Source of the DNA: Seison nebaliae
Taxonomy: Eukaryota
Direction: 5' to 3'
Assembly (NCBI GenBank): GCA_023231475.1
Contig: JALJEE010002271.1
Location: 1 to 42,582 of the forward strand
DNA: 42,582 nt
Shown here in pieces: positions 38,471 to 42,582 of this stretch; positions within the stretch are counted from its first letter, which is position 1, and each line of letters begins with the position of its first letter. Made by a program: the position numbers and the translations under genes. Below the pieces are notes generated by a model. That model was not told the origin of the DNA, searched no databases, and was given only the letters and a program-made list of their open reading frames with translations.

Positions 38471-41400
38471 ATGAAAAGTTTCTTCAATATCGATTATGAA
38501 TCGGCAACTCGAAGTAGTAGTAATTTGGAAGATATTCCAACGGTAAAAGAGAATGAGAAAGAGGAGGAGAAAGAGAATGACGATAATAAACAAATCGATA
38601 ATTCAAAGTTAATACCGTCAGAAAAGTCAACAGAAATTATTGATGATGTTATAACTAACACTTCTACGATCATTAATGAGAAGGAAGAGAATATATATAA
38701 AGGTTAACATTATCATTCGACAACATATAATAAATGATTTTTCAACAGATGATTCTCCTACTCTCTCATTAACTGAAAATACAGTCGAGATAGTAATTGA
38801 TCCGAATGACAGTGTGATTGATAGTAAGAAGGAAAACGAAGATATTAGTCAGAGTATAAATAAGAAAATTATTCAAGATACACAATCGGAAGATCCCATT
38901 AATTCGTATATTCAGAATTACGATTTGAATATCGTTAAAGGAAATACAAGAGACAATTCTCCTGAACGATTAAGTTATTTAATTAATTAATTAAGATTAA
39001 AATTTCAAAAAAATAATACAAATAAAACCGTTAGGTGCCAATCAACCACCGAAAGCGTCACCTATCAATCTGTCAGGTCTTCGTTTGAGTAGCGGAAAGG
39101 AAAAAACGGTATTGACATTTCCCGAGAAACAAGACATATTAGATGCACATCGATTATCAAGATATTCTACTCGACTTTCCAATTTAGTTCATAATGAGAA
39201 AATTAATTTGACATGGAAAGATGTTAGTGCGGAATTATTAGAATCGAATCTGAATTGCTGTCGGAAAGTAGTTGAGAAACCGATATTAAAGAGAGGTTCA
39301 ATTCTATGAATTAAAATCGAGTCTGATGTTTTCCTGTTTAGTATCAGGTTATGTAAAAGGAGGAAGTTTTCTATCGATTCTCGGTCCAAGGTTACTAACG
39401 CATTTCAATATTCGTCCAATTTTCTTATCAATATTTCTCGAAATTTCCACTTGGAAAACCAATTAATTATTATACTAATATTTATGTTCTTCCATTGTGT
39501 GTAGGTGTAGTGGGAAGAGCTCTTTGCTCGATGCTCTTTCCTTTCGGAGGAGTGCCTTCATCGAAACGACCGGTTCCATATGGCTTAATAATTTCGAAGG
39601 AAGTAAATATTTGATGTCGAAAAATTGTTGTTATATCCGACAGAAAATCAAATTTATGAGTTAATATCCGACTTATCGAAGATGTTCCATCTATCTTTGT
39701 CCTCATAATTCTATATTTTCTATTATCATATAATTTTGCTTTCATTGAATTTTATGAATTTATCAATTTATTTACATTATCCCAATAATGAATGATGAAT
39801 AAGAAACCTTACACATTTTTCTTATATTTCAGACGAATTAACTGTTATGGAACATTTGAATTTTCATGCACATCTTCGAATGAAACCTCATAAAGATCAT
39901 TCGAAATTCGACCGAATTCAACAACTTGTACGTGACGTTTGTTTATTATTTAGTCAATAATATTCCCATTAATTTTAAAATATTTAGTTGAAATTAGAAA
40001 ATTGTCATCGATCTATTATCGGAGATCAAAGAAATAGTAGTGGAATATCTCAAGGAGAACGAAAGAAATTAGCGATAGCCACCGAATTATTATCTGAGCC
40101 GAACATTCTTTTCTGTGATGAACCAACATCGAATGTTGATTCACATTATGGTTTGACCATCACTAAATTATTAGCACAAATCGCTGGTGAAGGAGTAACA
40201 GTCATCGCTACTTATTCTCGTCCTTCATTGGCCATGTTCCGAACATTTAACAACATTCTATTTCTTGTCAATGGAGAACAATTTTATTTCGGTCGAACTA
40301 TTGACGCCATAAAATATTTTCAAACTAAACTCAAAATCACTTGTCCACTCAATTCCAATATTTTTGACGTTATTTCTGAAAAATTTGATTATCGCACATT
40401 AGTACCAGGTAACATTGTTAAGGATATTAGGAATGCTCGTCAAAAATTCGAAAATAGTGTGGAGAAGAAAGAGTTGTTAGATAAAGTAGAAAAGTTTCGA
40501 GCGTCGAAAGAAGCTCAAATTGAAGGTACCGAACACAAATGGGGTAGGAAGAAATTACGTGTAATGGATTATGCCGCGTCTTGGCCCAAACAATTCAGTT
40601 GGCTAATTTGGAGAGATTACATTTATTTGAAACGTGCGAGAACAAGTGTTACACTTCTTCTAATACAAGCCGCCTTAGTTGCAGTCATCTTCGGAATAGT
40701 TTACCTTCAACTCGAACCTGATCAGGAATCAATTCAAAATTTTACTTCTGCTACTTTTCTCATGATTGTTTTCTGTTCGTTCGCCAGTACATTTCATGTG
40801 GTATATGTTAGTAAATTATTAAAGTTAAATTCTTAAGTTAATTAAAATGAATTAAGTCGTTACCAATTCAATTAAAAACTTTCCATCGGGAATATGCCAA
40901 ACGGATTTATAGTGCCTCTTCTTTCTATTTGGCCAAAGCTTTATTATACGTTAATATCCTCTTTACAATATTGTTATACAATTTTCTTATTCACAGACAA
41001 TTACTATGTGGATTGTTATGTTTGTTTTCATAACCATCTCATATTGGATGATTGGTTTTCAAACATCTGTTACATTGTATTTACTTTTCGTTAGCACTCT
41101 GGGGCTTGTCTGTTCGACTGCCGTAGCTTTTGGAATGATAATATCATCATTCTCAATTAATGTTGAGTTTGCCGTTGGTCTATCCATACCAATAGTCATA
41201 CCTTTTATACTTTATGGAAGTTTCTTCCTAAATCCACGATCGTCTTCGGATTATTTGTTTTGGTTGAAATATCTTTCGTGGTTTAATTACGCTTTCCGCA
41301 TTCTCATGGTTAATCAATGGCAAGAAATTGGTAATCTACACTGTAATTATACTTTCGAAGATAGTTTACCTTGTATAACTACCGGTAAGGACGTGATAAA

Positions 41401-41574
41401 ATATTTACAGATTGATGATGTTAAACAATTTCGTCATAATAATCTATTTCTTTATCAATTCAATACCTTTAGGATTCGATTGACTTGAATTTTGGAGGAT
41501 TATGTGCAATACTCGTTGTTTACCATGTTGTCGCTTTCACTATAACTTTCTTTAAAAATTTCCGGAACAAATAA
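38471..41574 (+). CDS. ABCG (white/scarlet/brown-like) half transporter; 10 exons
   Basis: NLTWKDV, Walker A GPRCSGKS, ELTVMEHLNFHAHLRM, GISQGERKKL, FCDEPTS, SWPKQFSWLIWR, ABC2 membrane domain WLKYLSWFNYA. Donors at 38703, 38974, 39296, 39391, 39660, 39937, 40807, 40950 and 41420. Confidence 0.93.
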
Positions 41575-42000
41575 CCTCAACATTAATAGTAGAAACTGAA
41601 AAATATTATATCATATAATCTCTAAGTTGCCAATCGTTATTCATCTAAATTCTTTTGAAATTCGAATGTTAAATTATTAAACTAAATACTATTTTATACA
41701 TTAAAGAAATATAATAAAAAAAGGATGTTGTGACGTCCCATCTGGAAAAAATGACAATGGAAGATGAAAATGAAAATTTAAGAAGTTTCTACTCAATTTA
41801 TATTATCAGTATCTGATTCTTTGGTAGAGAATTTTATACTCTTTCAAATGAATATAATAAGATGATAATAATATACTAGTTCGGAAATTTAATCATAGAA
41901 AATTTCGATTAGAAATAGAATTGTATTTGCTTTATTTTATAGTTCAACTTTCACTTGCTGTTTTATTTTTACTGATCCAAATTGGATGAAAATGGAATCA

Positions 42001-42310
42001 TTAATAACATGCATATATAAAGTTAATTATGACACTTAGCATTTGGCTATGTTGAATTATTCTTCTTAGCAGCATCGTTGAGATGTCCTGGATGGTAAAT
42101 TTGGTTGTTTTAAAGTTCCTCACAATTGAAGCAGTTGATTGACTGTGAATATCTCCGAGTGCACCCATTACAATCGGTTCGTATATCACATCCTGCACTC
42201 CAAGTGCTTCTTGGAATATATGTGAATACTTGTTATACTTTGTTGGCTTTTTTGAAAATTTTCAGTAACTAATGTTCGTTTCCTCGATAGTGACGCAATT
42301 TCATTATCAT
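42001..42310 (-). mobile_element. Remnant C-terminus of an RLE-type (R2/R4/NeSL/CRE-like) non-LTR retrotransposon ORF
   Basis: KKPTKYNKY...VIYEPIVMGALGDIH matches the K..KY...PIVxGALG signature that follows the PD-(D/E)xK restriction-like endonuclease. The frame is broken upstream. Confidence 0.6.
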
Positions 42311-42582
42311 CATATTGAATGAAACATTAATGTTTTAAATATGAAATAACAATAATATATTGTATTATTATAAATTATTACACGATTGAACACCAATGGT
42401 CGAAAATTGAACCAAATATCTGTCAGAATCTAATTAATTCCATGCCCAACCGGTATATGGATGTGTTAAAAGAAAAGGAGAAAAGGATGAAATACTAAAT
42501 TCTCTTATTAATAATAAATTTTACAGTTATATCTTACAAGTTAGTTCCATATTGTTAGTATTCTTATAAGAATTGTCGGACA

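Noticed and set aside
17607..39745. Numerous short antisense or alternate-frame ORFs in the ORF track overlapping real genes
   Set aside because: They are shadows of the coding exons of cadherin, PSMB7, THUMPD1, otopetrin, the EGF gene and ABCG.
15270..41574. Alternative genetic code or frameshifting to explain fragmented ORFs
   Set aside because: All breaks in the host genes resolve as short GT-AG introns under the standard code.

Overview
AT-rich eukaryotic (metazoan, probably compact-genome invertebrate) nuclear DNA with many tiny introns (41-173 nt, mostly 41-70). The first ~7 kb is an accessory zone. It holds a decayed LINE endonuclease fragment, palindrome clusters, an intronless divergent USP/C19 deubiquitinase-like ORF, a full-length SRP (7SL) RNA gene on the minus strand and orphan ORFs. 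After that come a stathmin-like gene, a 7-kb noncoding gap, a 14-repeat CDH23/Cad87A-type cadherin, proteasome beta-2 (PSMB7), THUMPD1-like, otopetrin, tRNA-Ile(AAT), a secreted multi-EGF orphan, a DUSP12-like phosphatase, an MRM1-like methyltransferase, a white/ABCG half-transporter and an RLE-type retrotransposon remnant. Most striking: 46 of 48 introns I reconstructed start with GTT rather than GTA/GTG, suggesting a rewired 5' splice-site code. Also, the otherwise intact SRP RNA has changes in the normally near-invariant helix 8 (UACA tetraloop, AAGG/AACA internal loop). All calls are by eye from motifs; no database searches were run.
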